From a virus, in the IMG/VR virus record IMGVR_UViG_3300030329_004481: a stretch of 64,000 bases of DNA. One strand, written 5' to 3'. This document shows positions 7,253 to 16,177 of the stretch, in pieces. Every line of letters starts with the position of its first letter. The stretch's first letter is position 1. Made by a program: the position numbers and the translations under genes. The notes under the pieces were generated by a model. It was given only the letters and a program-made list of their open reading frames with translations. It was not told the origin of the DNA and made no database searches.

Positions 7253-7936
7253 CTAACACCTATTTGATAATAAACATATTAATTCATTAAATCCCATAAC
7301 TGTAAATGCCCATTCACCTTGAATTGTCACATAAAGAGATTTAATTCCATCTAAAAATATGTAAGAAGTTATAGCACCAATAATACCACAAAGAAATGAT
7401 TGAAAACTATACCTTAGCCATTTAAATTTATTTGTTGCTAACACTCTACCTAGTCCATATATATCACCAACTATAGCATCGTAAGTTCTTGAATCTCTTT
7501 CTAATCTTTGTGCATACTCTTGTTTAAATTCTTCTAATGGTATGTATGAAAAATGCCCAAAAAACAACGGATTAAAAAATGGTGATGATCTGTCTATTTC
7601 TTTTGATCCTGGTTTTTTAGGATATCCTGTTCTTGGCATAATTACAGCAATAGCACATAATAGTGCGATAGTAGAAAAAAATCCTAGTATAGATAATGGT
7701 ACTGCAACTTGTTCATGTTCCATGTTAGCAACTGTTACAGAAAAAACAATTGAAGAAACTGTTATCATTATATTAGCTTTTGTATCAGCCATTAATGACA
7801 TCTGTACTATGTTTGTAAGATTAAGACGAAGAATATTATCTACCGCAGTAGAAGATTTTCCTTCATTAGTTTTATCTAATTCTTCAAATAAAGTATCTGG
7901 TGCTTCAAAGTTTTGAATATCCCATTGATCTCTCAT
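7253..7936 (-). CDS. Pycsar effector family (DUF5706/PycTM-like) membrane protein
   Basis: MSLMADTKANIMITVSSI, TM-TM-PR, NPLFFGHFS, DIYGLGRVLATNKFKWLRYSF, third TM. Confidence 0.85.
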   Translation of the reverse strand: MRDQWDIQNFEAPDTLFEELDKTNEGKSSTAVDNILRLNLTNIVQMSLMADTKANIMITVSSIVFSVTVANMEHEQVAVPLSILGFFSTIALLCAIAVIMPRTGYPKKPGSKEIDRSSPFFNPLFFGHFSYIPLEEFKQEYAQRLERDSRTYDAIVGDIYGLGRVLATNKFKWLRYSFQSFLCGIIGAITSYIFLDGIKSLYVTIQGEWAFTVMGFNELICLLSNRC

Positions 7937-8814
7937 TATCTCTCCAATAATACTTTTAATGTTTGACTTGGAGCACTACAACTTTTTCCAACTCCACCCC
8001 AATTTTTATTAGATATTAATGGTCTTATAACATATCCATCTGTCCTACATTGACAATCCTTTACAGATGCAGGAAACGCTGAAATTTCATTACCAATTCC
8101 ACATCTACCCATAGTCCAATACCAACCATTACACAATTTACCTCTAAATTCATAAGTTAAATTATCAATGTTTGAAACTATATCATTAATTAAAGAATTG
8201 TTATCACATACTATCATATTATCTGGATTACCTATTGATATATTATCCCAAACATAATTAGAAGCATTATCCCAAAAGTCTATATAGGTCTGTCTCTGTG
8301 TTTGGGTAGAAGTTTGGTTGTATGTAAAATTATCTGACCATGAAAACGTATGAGTGGTTATTGTAACTACTGTTTCATTGTCAATCGTTTCAGTCTCTTG
8401 AACAGGATAATCAGGATTGATAGAAACAGGAATAGTAACAACGAAGGGACTTGGGCTATTAAAATAGACCTTAAAAGGATCTGATGTTCCTGTTTGATAA
8501 GCAATGGTAGGAACATCACTAGTAAAATTGGAATAATTAACTTCAATTTGAATGTCAATTGGAACATTTACAACACCAGATAAATTTTCATTTAAATCTG
8601 TTTCATCATATATGTTCTTCTGAATAAAATCTTTGATATTGATATGATGACGTTGAGGTAGTACTGGCCTTGAAAAATAATATCTATAATTTGCTTCTGG
8701 GTATTCGTGTTGATATTTTAGTTTTACATTTATAATTTCTTTTTTATCTGCTTCACAACTAATTATACTTAAAAGTCCTATCAACAATCCTAATTTTACT
8801 ATCTTCTTGATCAT
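7936..8814 (-). CDS. Putative lipoprotein with Cys-rich C-terminal domain
   Basis: Basic N-terminus plus hydrophobic stretch ending IISC; C-terminal CNG..W..G.CG.G.EISA...CQC...YVIRP...NWGG...SC..PSQT. Confidence 0.65.
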   Translation of the reverse strand: MIKKIVKLGLLIGLLSIISCEADKKEIINVKLKYQHEYPEANYRYYFSRPVLPQRHHINIKDFIQKNIYDETDLNENLSGVVNVPIDIQIEVNYSNFTSDVPTIAYQTGTSDPFKVYFNSPSPFVVTIPVSINPDYPVQETETIDNETVVTITTHTFSWSDNFTYNQTSTQTQRQTYIDFWDNASNYVWDNISIGNPDNMIVCDNNSLINDIVSNIDNLTYEFRGKLCNGWYWTMGRCGIGNEISAFPASVKDCQCRTDGYVIRPLISNKNWGGVGKSCSAPSQTLKVLLER

Positions 8815-9004
8815 GTATGTATACCTCTTTTATTGGTCCATCTATATTTTTGTCCCAATAATCTAAAAATTGATTTATCCTTGGATAATCTGGTTGTTGA
8901 TCTTCTGTTTGCCATATAAATTCATTTACCAAATGTAAATAATCTGGAATATAATAGACAACTTGCACAGATGCCTTAGTCCATTTTTTTATAATATATG
9001 CCAT
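8759..9004 (-). CDS. usg: Usg family protein
   Basis: YYIPDY..L.NEFIWQ.ED..PDYPRI..FLDYW..NIDGPI..V. Confidence 0.75.
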   Translation of the reverse strand: MAYIIKKWTKASVQVVYYIPDYLHLVNEFIWQTEDQQPDYPRINQFLDYWDKNIDGPIKEVYIHDQEDSKIRIVDRTFKYN

Positions 9005-9010
9005 TAAATA

Positions 9011-10420
9011 TTATCTTAGTGGTGGAGCGTAAAGTAAACCCCCTTGAGTATACAACTTATTGTAACCTCTTTTTAAATTTATAGGAGTTTCTGTCCCAAG
9101 ATATTTTTCGTAAATTTCTTCATAATTACCTATTTGTTTTATAATTTGATATGCCCAATCTGCATTCAATCCTAACTTTGCACCAAGATGTGGAAACTTA
9201 TCACCATCTCTCTCACCCATAAATCTTTGTATTTTAGGATCTTTATTTTCTTTAAACATATCAATATTTTGAGAAGTAATTCCCAATTCTTCTGCAATAA
9301 AAAATACATAAACTGACCATCTTGTAATATCTGACCATAATTGATCACCATATCTTATTGCTGGACCAAGTGGTTCTTTTGAAATTACTTCTGGCAAAAT
9401 CATATGTTTTTCTGGTTCTGGATATTTTGTTCTGTCTCCCGCCAATGCTGATCTATCAATACCATACATATCGCACTCACCCTGTAAATATAATTCAACA
9501 ATATCTTCATCAGGATAAACACCAACTGGTAAATATTTCATATTCCATAGTTCAAAGAAATCTTTGATGTTTTGTTCTGCAGTAGTGTCAATACTGTAAC
9601 AAACTGTGGCTCCGGAAAGGTCTTTAGCACTTTTTGCACCAAGTGTTTTTCTAACCATAAAACCTTGACCATCATAAAATGTTGTTGGTAAAAATTCTAT
9701 ACCATGAATAACATCTCTTGTATATGTCCATGTGGTTGTTGCAGACAATGCATCAATAGTACCATCTTTCAATCTTTCAAATCTAGTTCTACCAGTGATA
9801 GGAATGAATCTAATTTTTTCTTTATCTCCAAATATTGCAACTGCAAATGATTTACAAATATCTGCATCAAAGCCTTCCCAAATATGATACATTGGACCTT
9901 CAGACGGATTTATTGTTTTTCCTGACCTTTCACTAAATCCCCATTGATTATCATAAACACCACATTTTACATATCCACGTTCTTTTATTTTTTGTACTGT
10001 AGTTCCATATTGTGGATTGTATTCATTGCCCCCTTGATACTCATCTTCTGGCCCTTGTACCATTGAAATGTGTTCACTCTCAACTGACTTTAATCTTATA
10101 ATTTCTTGTTGTAAATTATCATATTCTTTTTTAGGAACTACCTCAACACTAGGAATCATACCTGAAAACATTGCTTCTCTTTGTTTTGCCAGATCATCAA
10201 TCTTTGCTTGTAATGATAATCTATCTCCTATATCAGTAGCAGGATCATCTCTCCTTTCCACTAACATATTAATTTCATCTTGAAGTGTGCGTATTGAACC
10301 CTCTAAAGTTTCATCAACAACTTTTATATTTCCCTTGGGATCTGCGAATACTTTTTGCCCTATTGTTTCTGTTGGGATTAATAATAAAGTAAAAAGTAAA
10401 ATAACAAATAGTGATTTCAT
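9011..10420 (-). CDS. General L-amino-acid ABC transporter substrate-binding protein (AapJ/BztA-like) with extra N-terminal coiled coil
   Basis: Signal peptide; GFDADICK, TTTWTYTRD, TTFYDGQGFMV, ILPEVISKEPLGP, IGNYEEIYE, RGYNKLYTQGGLLYAPPLR. Confidence 0.92.
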   Translation of the reverse strand: MKSLFVILLFTLLLIPTETIGQKVFADPKGNIKVVDETLEGSIRTLQDEINMLVERRDDPATDIGDRLSLQAKIDDLAKQREAMFSGMIPSVEVVPKKEYDNLQQEIIRLKSVESEHISMVQGPEDEYQGGNEYNPQYGTTVQKIKERGYVKCGVYDNQWGFSERSGKTINPSEGPMYHIWEGFDADICKSFAVAIFGDKEKIRFIPITGRTRFERLKDGTIDALSATTTWTYTRDVIHGIEFLPTTFYDGQGFMVRKTLGAKSAKDLSGATVCYSIDTTAEQNIKDFFELWNMKYLPVGVYPDEDIVELYLQGECDMYGIDRSALAGDRTKYPEPEKHMILPEVISKEPLGPAIRYGDQLWSDITRWSVYVFFIAEELGITSQNIDMFKENKDPKIQRFMGERDGDKFPHLGAKLGLNADWAYQIIKQIGNYEEIYEKYLGTETPINLKRGYNKLYTQGGLLYAPPLR

Positions 10421-10881
10421 TTTAGTGTTCTGTAGATTTCCATTAATTCAGCATCAGGCATTTCTTGTGCCATAGTATAATATCTCTGATGCCCAACTTT
10501 CATAAAACCTTTGAGATCTGCAAAACTTGGATAAGTTGCATGAAGGCCAGATATTAAATGATCTGGATCTAAATGACATTCTGCACAAGCATTTCCTTTT
10601 GCAAAAACTCTTGTACCTAATTTATATCTTTCACTTTGTACCAATACTGTATTTAAATCTTTTTCTACCCATCTTATTTTTTCATCTAAATCTGGTATGA
10701 CCATAAAAATAAGATATGCAACAAGTCCCAGAATAACTAAAATAAAAGTTTTTTGTCCTTTTATAGATGCAAGAGTTTCTTCCTCAATTGCTTTAACAGG
10801 TTCAAACTCTACTTTTTCATCTCCATTTGTAGTTACTGTTGCTTTTATTGATCCTTCAGATTGCTTCTTTGCTTGTGCCAT
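10417..10881 (-). CDS. Membrane-anchored mono-haem c-type cytochrome
   Basis: Single TM, then G.RVF...CAECH and a distal MP (QEMPDAEL). Confidence 0.7.
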   Translation of the reverse strand: MAQAKKQSEGSIKATVTTNGDEKVEFEPVKAIEEETLASIKGQKTFILVILGLVAYLIFMVIPDLDEKIRWVEKDLNTVLVQSERYKLGTRVFAKGNACAECHLDPDHLISGLHATYPSFADLKGFMKVGHQRYYTMAQEMPDAELMEIYRTLK

Positions 10882-11234
10882 TATTTACCTTTCGACGCAC
10901 TCTTTAATTTAGATTGTAATTGCTCGGCAAACATTTTGAGAATTATAGGAATACTCACATTTGACGTTAATCCAAATAAGAATCCAACAGGATATTTGTA
11001 TGTGGCATAAGCTGCTACTTGGGGTACATTATCAAACACTAAAACAATAAGAATATATCCTGTAACGGACATACCCATATTGATAAACAAATCAAGACTA
11101 ATAAGCCACCAGTTTCCTTGATACTTATCTTTGTTATCGTGTCTATAATTAAACAAAAATACAAAAAATGACGAAAATAATATGATGGCAAACATTGATA
11201 AATTTGCCGTGCTAAAAAGGTCATTCATTACCAT
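10881..11234 (-). CDS. Small three-TM membrane protein (holin-like size and topology; function unproven)
   Basis: Three hydrophobic segments and a basic C-terminal tail (KLKSASKGK). Confidence 0.55.
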   Translation of the reverse strand: MVMNDLFSTANLSMFAIILFSSFFVFLFNYRHDNKDKYQGNWWLISLDLFINMGMSVTGYILIVLVFDNVPQVAAYATYKYPVGFLFGLTSNVSIPIILKMFAEQLQSKLKSASKGK

Positions 11235-11634
11235 TCTCCTTGTTTTTGAGCATTTTTAACAAATCAGCTGTAGAACCAACATAAAGATTATTATTTACAG
11301 ACGATGGTCCTTGAACATTTTTGTCTCTTAATACTTCTTTTTTTGTTTTTTGGAGATTCATTAACTTTTCATTAGTGTCTCCTAAGTTTTTAATCAATTG
11401 AGAAGCAACTTCAAAATGCCTTGCATGCTCAGTTGATTTAGCTATCTCCAATAGCTCATCAAGGGCTTCATGTCCTTTTTCCATTAAATTATAATAATTT
11501 TCTCTCGCATAAGTATAATCTGTATTTATATCTTGATCATCTGATATAACATTTAATCTGGTTTCTTTTTTATTAACAATATCTTTAATTGGATCATCAT
11601 TTAATACTTCTTCTACCATACTTTTTATCTCCAT
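11221..11634 (-). CDS. 16: Terminase small subunit (T4 gp16-like)
   Basis: DYTYARENYYNLMEKG.EAL...A..TEHARHFEVASQLIK; VNNNLYVGSTADL; follows gp15. Confidence 0.92.
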   Translation of the reverse strand: MEIKSMVEEVLNDDPIKDIVNKKETRLNVISDDQDINTDYTYARENYYNLMEKGHEALDELLEIAKSTEHARHFEVASQLIKNLGDTNEKLMNLQKTKKEVLRDKNVQGPSSVNNNLYVGSTADLLKMLKNKENGNE

Positions 11635-12524
11635 GGCACTTCCTCATTATCTATAGATACGCTGAATCCAAAATCATTTCTTGTTCCATCCGCATCTTCT
11701 GGTGTAGGTTTAATTTTAATTATTGCGGTATTTGCTGCTCCTATCATATTAGAATCACTAGTTTCCATAAAAATTATACCTGATGAATCTTGTGATCTTA
11801 TATAATTTGTAGAACGCCTATTACTATCTTCCAATTTAATTCTATCAAATGCTCCTATTTCATCTGAAATATATTCTTGTTCTGGTATTGTAATTGGTAT
11901 TTGCACTTCTTTGATAATTTTTCCTTCTGTTGACAATTCTGGATACATAAAACTTTTCATTGTAAATTGCATATCCCAAGAGATTGCTCTCCTAGTTTCA
12001 AAATCACCATCATATGCGTCAAGATAATTGACAGAGTTTAAAACTATAGGAACATCAACTTTAATATTCATTTTAGGAATCATGTTCAAAGTAACAGTAA
12101 AGTCTGGTGTAAAATTTGGTAATATCTGTTCAATTATTTGCGCACCATCTTCCGCATTTTTGACAAGAACATTTAGGTCAAAAATAAAATTATAAGGAAC
12201 TGGATTGTGTTGAGTTGTATAGTTTCCAGAAACAGATGATGCATTCTTGTTAACAGAAATTAATTTTCTTGTACCATCATACATCACTTGACTCATTTGA
12301 AAACCAATCCTTGGAAGTATTATAGCAGGTCTACCATCATTCAAATTTGGTTGATTTATCCTCACCATAAATTTTTGTTTTGGTCCATAAGCCACTGGAA
12401 CCATTATTGTTTCAATTACAGCACCAGAAGAATTTGTCCTTTTAACAGAAATATTATTAAATAGTGATCCAAAAGCGACCACCATCTTTCTAATTGTTTG
12501 ATGGTATGTTGTTGTTCCAAACAT
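11625..12524 (-). CDS. 15: Tail sheath stabiliser / tail terminator (T4 gp15-like)
   Basis: TIRKMVVAFGSLFNNI, VPVAYGPKQKF, LPRIGF, PVPYN, QIIEQILPNFTP, D.YDGDF..RR. Confidence 0.93.
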   Translation of the reverse strand: MFGTTTYHQTIRKMVVAFGSLFNNISVKRTNSSGAVIETIMVPVAYGPKQKFMVRINQPNLNDGRPAIILPRIGFQMSQVMYDGTRKLISVNKNASSVSGNYTTQHNPVPYNFIFDLNVLVKNAEDGAQIIEQILPNFTPDFTVTLNMIPKMNIKVDVPIVLNSVNYLDAYDGDFETRRAISWDMQFTMKSFMYPELSTEGKIIKEVQIPITIPEQEYISDEIGAFDRIKLEDSNRRSTNYIRSQDSSGIIFMETSDSNMIGAANTAIIKIKPTPEDADGTRNDFGFSVSIDNEEVPWR

Positions 12525-13366
12525 TAATATTGTCCTTCAGAAAATGGATCTCTATCTGAAAAATCAAATATAGAATCACTTTCACTTTGAATTGTATAAT
12601 TATTTGCTTGTGTGTCAGTTACTATGATCTGTGTATTTGGAGTTGCAGTCATATTCCATGAAGCACCACTAGTTCCACCAACGACTGCAGAAGTTGTTAT
12701 TATAGTACCTACAATATTTCCAACTCTTAATGTTTTAGTTGAATAATTCCAATTTAATACTTTTGCTGTTGTAGTTCCGTTTGTAATAGTTTCATCTACT
12801 TGAAAATTTCCAGAACCGGAAGCAAAAACAAGATCCATAGCATAACCATAATCTTTTTCTATATCATCGATTGCCGCAATACCAGTATCAATATCTTCAT
12901 GACTATATTCAAACAATTCACAAGTAAGTGTGTATAATGGTAAATTTCCTAACTGATAAAATACCTTTTCGTGTTCAACAAATCTAATTTCAAATAATCT
13001 ATCATTCAATGGAAAATAAATTAAATCACCTTCAAATGGTCTTTGTCTACCTTCAATATCCAAATCTGTCCATCTTCTTTGTGATACTGTAAGTATTAAT
13101 TGATCTCTTATTTCAACACCAAATTGTCCTATTATATCTCCTTCACCACCAAACCCATCAATTGATTCCACATACATCTCAACAGAATGAGCACTTGTAA
13201 ATTTGGATGCAACATCTTCCGCATAAAGATTATCTGTTGCAACTAAGGTTCTGGGCATATAACTAACATCTATGCCATGTATTTGAATAGATTCTTCAAC
13301 TAAATCATTAACTAATTCTTGTTCTAATATTGAATCTGTTTGCTGAAAGTAAGTAGATACTGCCAT
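12524..13366 (-). CDS. 14: Neck protein (T4 gp14-like)
   Basis: EQ.LV.DLVEESIQIHG.DV.YMPR, RPFEGDLIYFP, FEIRFVEHE..FYQLG, YTLTCELFEYS, FDFSDRDPF. Confidence 0.93.
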   Translation of the reverse strand: MAVSTYFQQTDSILEQELVNDLVEESIQIHGIDVSYMPRTLVATDNLYAEDVASKFTSAHSVEMYVESIDGFGGEGDIIGQFGVEIRDQLILTVSQRRWTDLDIEGRQRPFEGDLIYFPLNDRLFEIRFVEHEKVFYQLGNLPLYTLTCELFEYSHEDIDTGIAAIDDIEKDYGYAMDLVFASGSGNFQVDETITNGTTTAKVLNWNYSTKTLRVGNIVGTIITTSAVVGGTSGASWNMTATPNTQIIVTDTQANNYTIQSESDSIFDFSDRDPFSEGQY

Positions 13367-13367
13367 A

Positions 13368-14114
13368 TTATCCTACTGCAAAATCAACTGGATATTGATA
13401 TTTGTTTTCTAATTCATCCTTGAGAACTTCAATATTTGTTTTTGCTTCATCGAGTATAGTTCTACCATCAAGTGTTGTTCCTCCAGGTAATTGAACTCCT
13501 TGATATTTGATTAAATTATATCCCCATTGTTGTCTAAACAGCTCTGTAGTGTATTTTTTTAACCACATATCATTATAAACATCCGTATATGTTGTTGGTT
13601 CAACCAATTGAAAAGCTTCAGCAACTAGATATTCATCTACTGCAAATTCTTTAGACCAATCTACATCAACATACAATCTATCTTGATGTCTAGAAAATCT
13701 CATTCCTGGTTTACCACTAAATAATTCTTGTAGTACACCCAAATGTTGTTGTGTCATATAATATGGTACTACTGACGTTTTAGCTAGATCATAAACATCA
13801 TTTAAGTACATTTGATATCTAACGTCAAACATATTCTTGACTGAGCCTGAACCTAATGGAAAAACTCTAATAATACCAATTGTACCTTCTGACACTGTGA
13901 TATATTCATTGTCTATGTCTGTTTGAGTTATTTGATGTTTTAAATATGTTTTTACTGTTGCATCTGCGTGAAACTCTTGAAACATTTGAAGACTTTCTTC
14001 TACTCTGTCTTCAAGTTGATCATCGTCAACATTTATTTGTATAACTGGTTTCCCCAATGCTCTCAAACAATATTCTTTTAATTCTGTTCTTGATGCGGGT
14101 TGTGTCATTGACAT
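13368..14114 (-). CDS. 13: Neck protein (T4 gp13-like)
   Basis: LKEYCLRALGKPVIQINVDDDQLEDR, YNDMWLKKY, QWG.NL.KY.GVQLPGG.TLDG. Confidence 0.95.
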   Translation of the reverse strand: MSMTQPASRTELKEYCLRALGKPVIQINVDDDQLEDRVEESLQMFQEFHADATVKTYLKHQITQTDIDNEYITVSEGTIGIIRVFPLGSGSVKNMFDVRYQMYLNDVYDLAKTSVVPYYMTQQHLGVLQELFSGKPGMRFSRHQDRLYVDVDWSKEFAVDEYLVAEAFQLVEPTTYTDVYNDMWLKKYTTELFRQQWGYNLIKYQGVQLPGGTTLDGRTILDEAKTNIEVLKDELENKYQYPVDFAVG

Positions 14115-14156
14115 ACAATATCCTATTTTTAAGGCGTTAATATATATACTATAATC

Positions 14157-14164
14157 TATTTATA
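14157..14164 (-). promoter_or_regulatory. T4-type late promoter (TATAAATA) for the gp13 operon
   Basis: Exact consensus in the 58-nt divergent gap, ~40 nt upstream of the gp13 ATG. Confidence 0.75.
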
Positions 14165-14172
14165 AGGAAGGA

Positions 14173-14874
14173 TTGATGACAACTGAGATTGATGAAAACA
14201 AGATAAACATTGATTATTCTTTGTTTTCTTGGGATGATTATGAAGAATTTATGACGCAAGTACAATATGTTCTTATGAATCCATTTTGGTGTGTTTCAAA
14301 TCAACATATTAATATGATGTGTGAGATAATTGATCATGACAATGATAAACTTTTAGAACATTCTCTAAAATCATTTGATGAAAAATATACCCAAATTCAA
14401 CAAATACATTTGCACAACTTCTATTTGCAACAAGTTGATACATTTTTTAATATATTTTTACTTTACAATAATCACAATTTTAATTATCAAAATAATATAA
14501 AAGAATTAACAAAAAAATATGGAAGGTATGATGATCAAATAGAAAAATATGTTATTGTGACAAATGTAGAAGAATATGAACTATTTATTAAAGAAAAACA
14601 AAAATTAGACAGTACTCTTGCGTTAACTGAATATGATAAAATAAATCCTAATTTATACCTACAAGAAATAAATTTAATTTTATTTAAAACTGAACGAACA
14701 AAATACAACAGTTATTTATCAATAATTGATGAAAATGCGGACAACGCTCCGCCAAAATATAAACGCAAACCACTATTAATGTACAAACTTATTTCAGATA
14801 TCTTTGATATCAAAAAAATTCAAAATTTAAAAATAAATTATGAACTAATCAATAAGCATTTTACAAATTACTAA
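14173..14874 (+). CDS. Hypothetical protein, paralogue of 15536..16177
   Basis: SD AAGGAAGG; shares INxxYSxFxW, YxKIxP and DIFDxxxxxNLKINxxxIN with the downstream paralogue. Confidence 0.7.
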   Translation: MMTTEIDENKINIDYSLFSWDDYEEFMTQVQYVLMNPFWCVSNQHINMMCEIIDHDNDKLLEHSLKSFDEKYTQIQQIHLHNFYLQQVDTFFNIFLLYNNHNFNYQNNIKELTKKYGRYDDQIEKYVIVTNVEEYELFIKEKQKLDSTLALTEYDKINPNLYLQEINLILFKTERTKYNSYLSIIDENADNAPPKYKRKPLLMYKLISDIFDIKKIQNLKINYELINKHFTNY

Positions 14875-15542
14875 TGGAACTATTAATTACTGGTGATAAA
14901 GGTTTTATAGGATCAAATCTTGTAAACTATTTAAAAGATTATCATATCTATGGTATAGATTATCCCAATAACATTATGACTTGTGTTTTACCACCTGTTG
15001 ATTGTGTAATACATTTGGCGGCTTCAACAGGTGTAAGAGGATCACATAAACATCCAAAATCATATTTTGATAATAATGTAAAAGCAACAAAAAGAATATT
15101 TGATCATTATAAAGATACAAAAATTTTATTCGCATCAACATCATCTGTAAAACAATTACAAAGTCCATATTCAATGTCAAAATATGCTTGTGAACTTATG
15201 GCTCCTGATAATGTTGTGATCATGAGATTTTTTACTGTATGGGGAGAACAAAATTATAGGAGTGATATGTTATATGGTATGGCTATGAATGATAAATTAA
15301 AATATGTAACAGATCATAAAAGAGATTTTACTCACATCTATGATGTTTGTAGAGCAATTAAAATTCTGATTGAAAAGGGAGTTGGTGGAGAAACTTATGA
15401 AATAGGACATGGAACACCAATTACTAATTCTGCATTTTTAAAAAAGATAGGGTACAATAAATCGTTGAAAATAAAAGAAGTAGAAGGTGAATCTGATATT
15501 ACTTGTGCAGATCCAACCAAAATAAAAGAATTGGGATGGTAA
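14874..15542 (+). CDS. NAD-dependent epimerase/dehydratase (extended SDR)
   Basis: ITGDKGFIGS, VIHLAA, ASTSS, YSMSK (YxxxK), RFFTVWG, RDFTHIYD. Confidence 0.92.
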   Translation: MELLITGDKGFIGSNLVNYLKDYHIYGIDYPNNIMTCVLPPVDCVIHLAASTGVRGSHKHPKSYFDNNVKATKRIFDHYKDTKILFASTSSVKQLQSPYSMSKYACELMAPDNVVIMRFFTVWGEQNYRSDMLYGMAMNDKLKYVTDHKRDFTHIYDVCRAIKILIEKGVGGETYEIGHGTPITNSAFLKKIGYNKSLKIKEVEGESDITCADPTKIKELGW

Positions 15543-16177
15543 AAAAAGTTAAGATAAATTATAGTTATTTTGAATGGTCTTATTTTTCTGATATTTTAAA
15601 AATAATATCTAGAATATGTTTATATCCTGCTGAATTGACCGGGCCAAGGATAGGAAATAAAATGATGTCATTTTTTGATGAAAATACTCTTAAATTTTCA
15701 AAGGATAGAAAATTTCAAATATATTTAAATATTACAAAAAATATAAACACATTATATAAAATATTCAAAGAATATGAATTGCATTACAATATCTACAAAA
15801 ATGAAAAAAAGAATATAACAAATGATCAAAACTTATTACTTGAAAATAATAAAATTATTAAAAAAATTGATAAATTAAATAAAAAAGTGCACACATTATC
15901 ATACAATAAAATTGATCCAAAATATTTTATATTTACTTTTTATTATATGCATAAAGCTTTTGGAAAATATATGGTTGGTTCTAAAGGTTTTAATAATAGT
16001 GAGAATGGAAATGAACTACAAGATATATCAAATATAAAAATGATAATGAAAGAACCTTTTTTTACTGTACATATATTTGATGTTTTATATGATATTTTTG
16101 ATATGGACGAACTAGACAATTTAAAAATAAATGAAAAAATTATAAATGAGATGTATTCAGAGTTAATAAATGATTGA
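15536..16177 (+). CDS. Hypothetical protein, paralogue of 14173..14874
   Basis: Likely ATG at 15536 (MVKKVKINYSYFEW) overlapping the upstream stop; shared terminal motifs. Confidence 0.65.
   Translation: MVKKVKINYSYFEWSYFSDILKIISRICLYPAELTGPRIGNKMMSFFDENTLKFSKDRKFQIYLNITKNINTLYKIFKEYELHYNIYKNEKKNITNDQNLLLENNKIIKKIDKLNKKVHTLSYNKIDPKYFIFTFYYMHKAFGKYMVGSKGFNNSENGNELQDISNIKMIMKEPFFTVHIFDVLYDIFDMDELDNLKINEKIINEMYSELIND

Noticed and set aside
5314-7916. Plus-strand ORFs 5314, 5762, 6041, 6479 and 7542 (and similar short antisense or nested ORFs elsewhere in the track)
   Set aside because: They lie opposite or inside well-supported genes, with F/L/I/S-rich shadow composition and no recognisable motifs.
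7253-7936. Complete Pycsar/CBASS defence system
   Set aside because: No cyclase or CD-NTase in the window; the adjacent nucleotidyltransferase has class II CCA motifs.
14108-14155. TTGACA (14108) and TATAAT (14150) as a sigma70 promoter for the island
   Set aside because: The spacing is 36 nt rather than ~17 and the TTGACA lies in the gp13 start codons; a lone -10 in AT-rich DNA is weak evidence.
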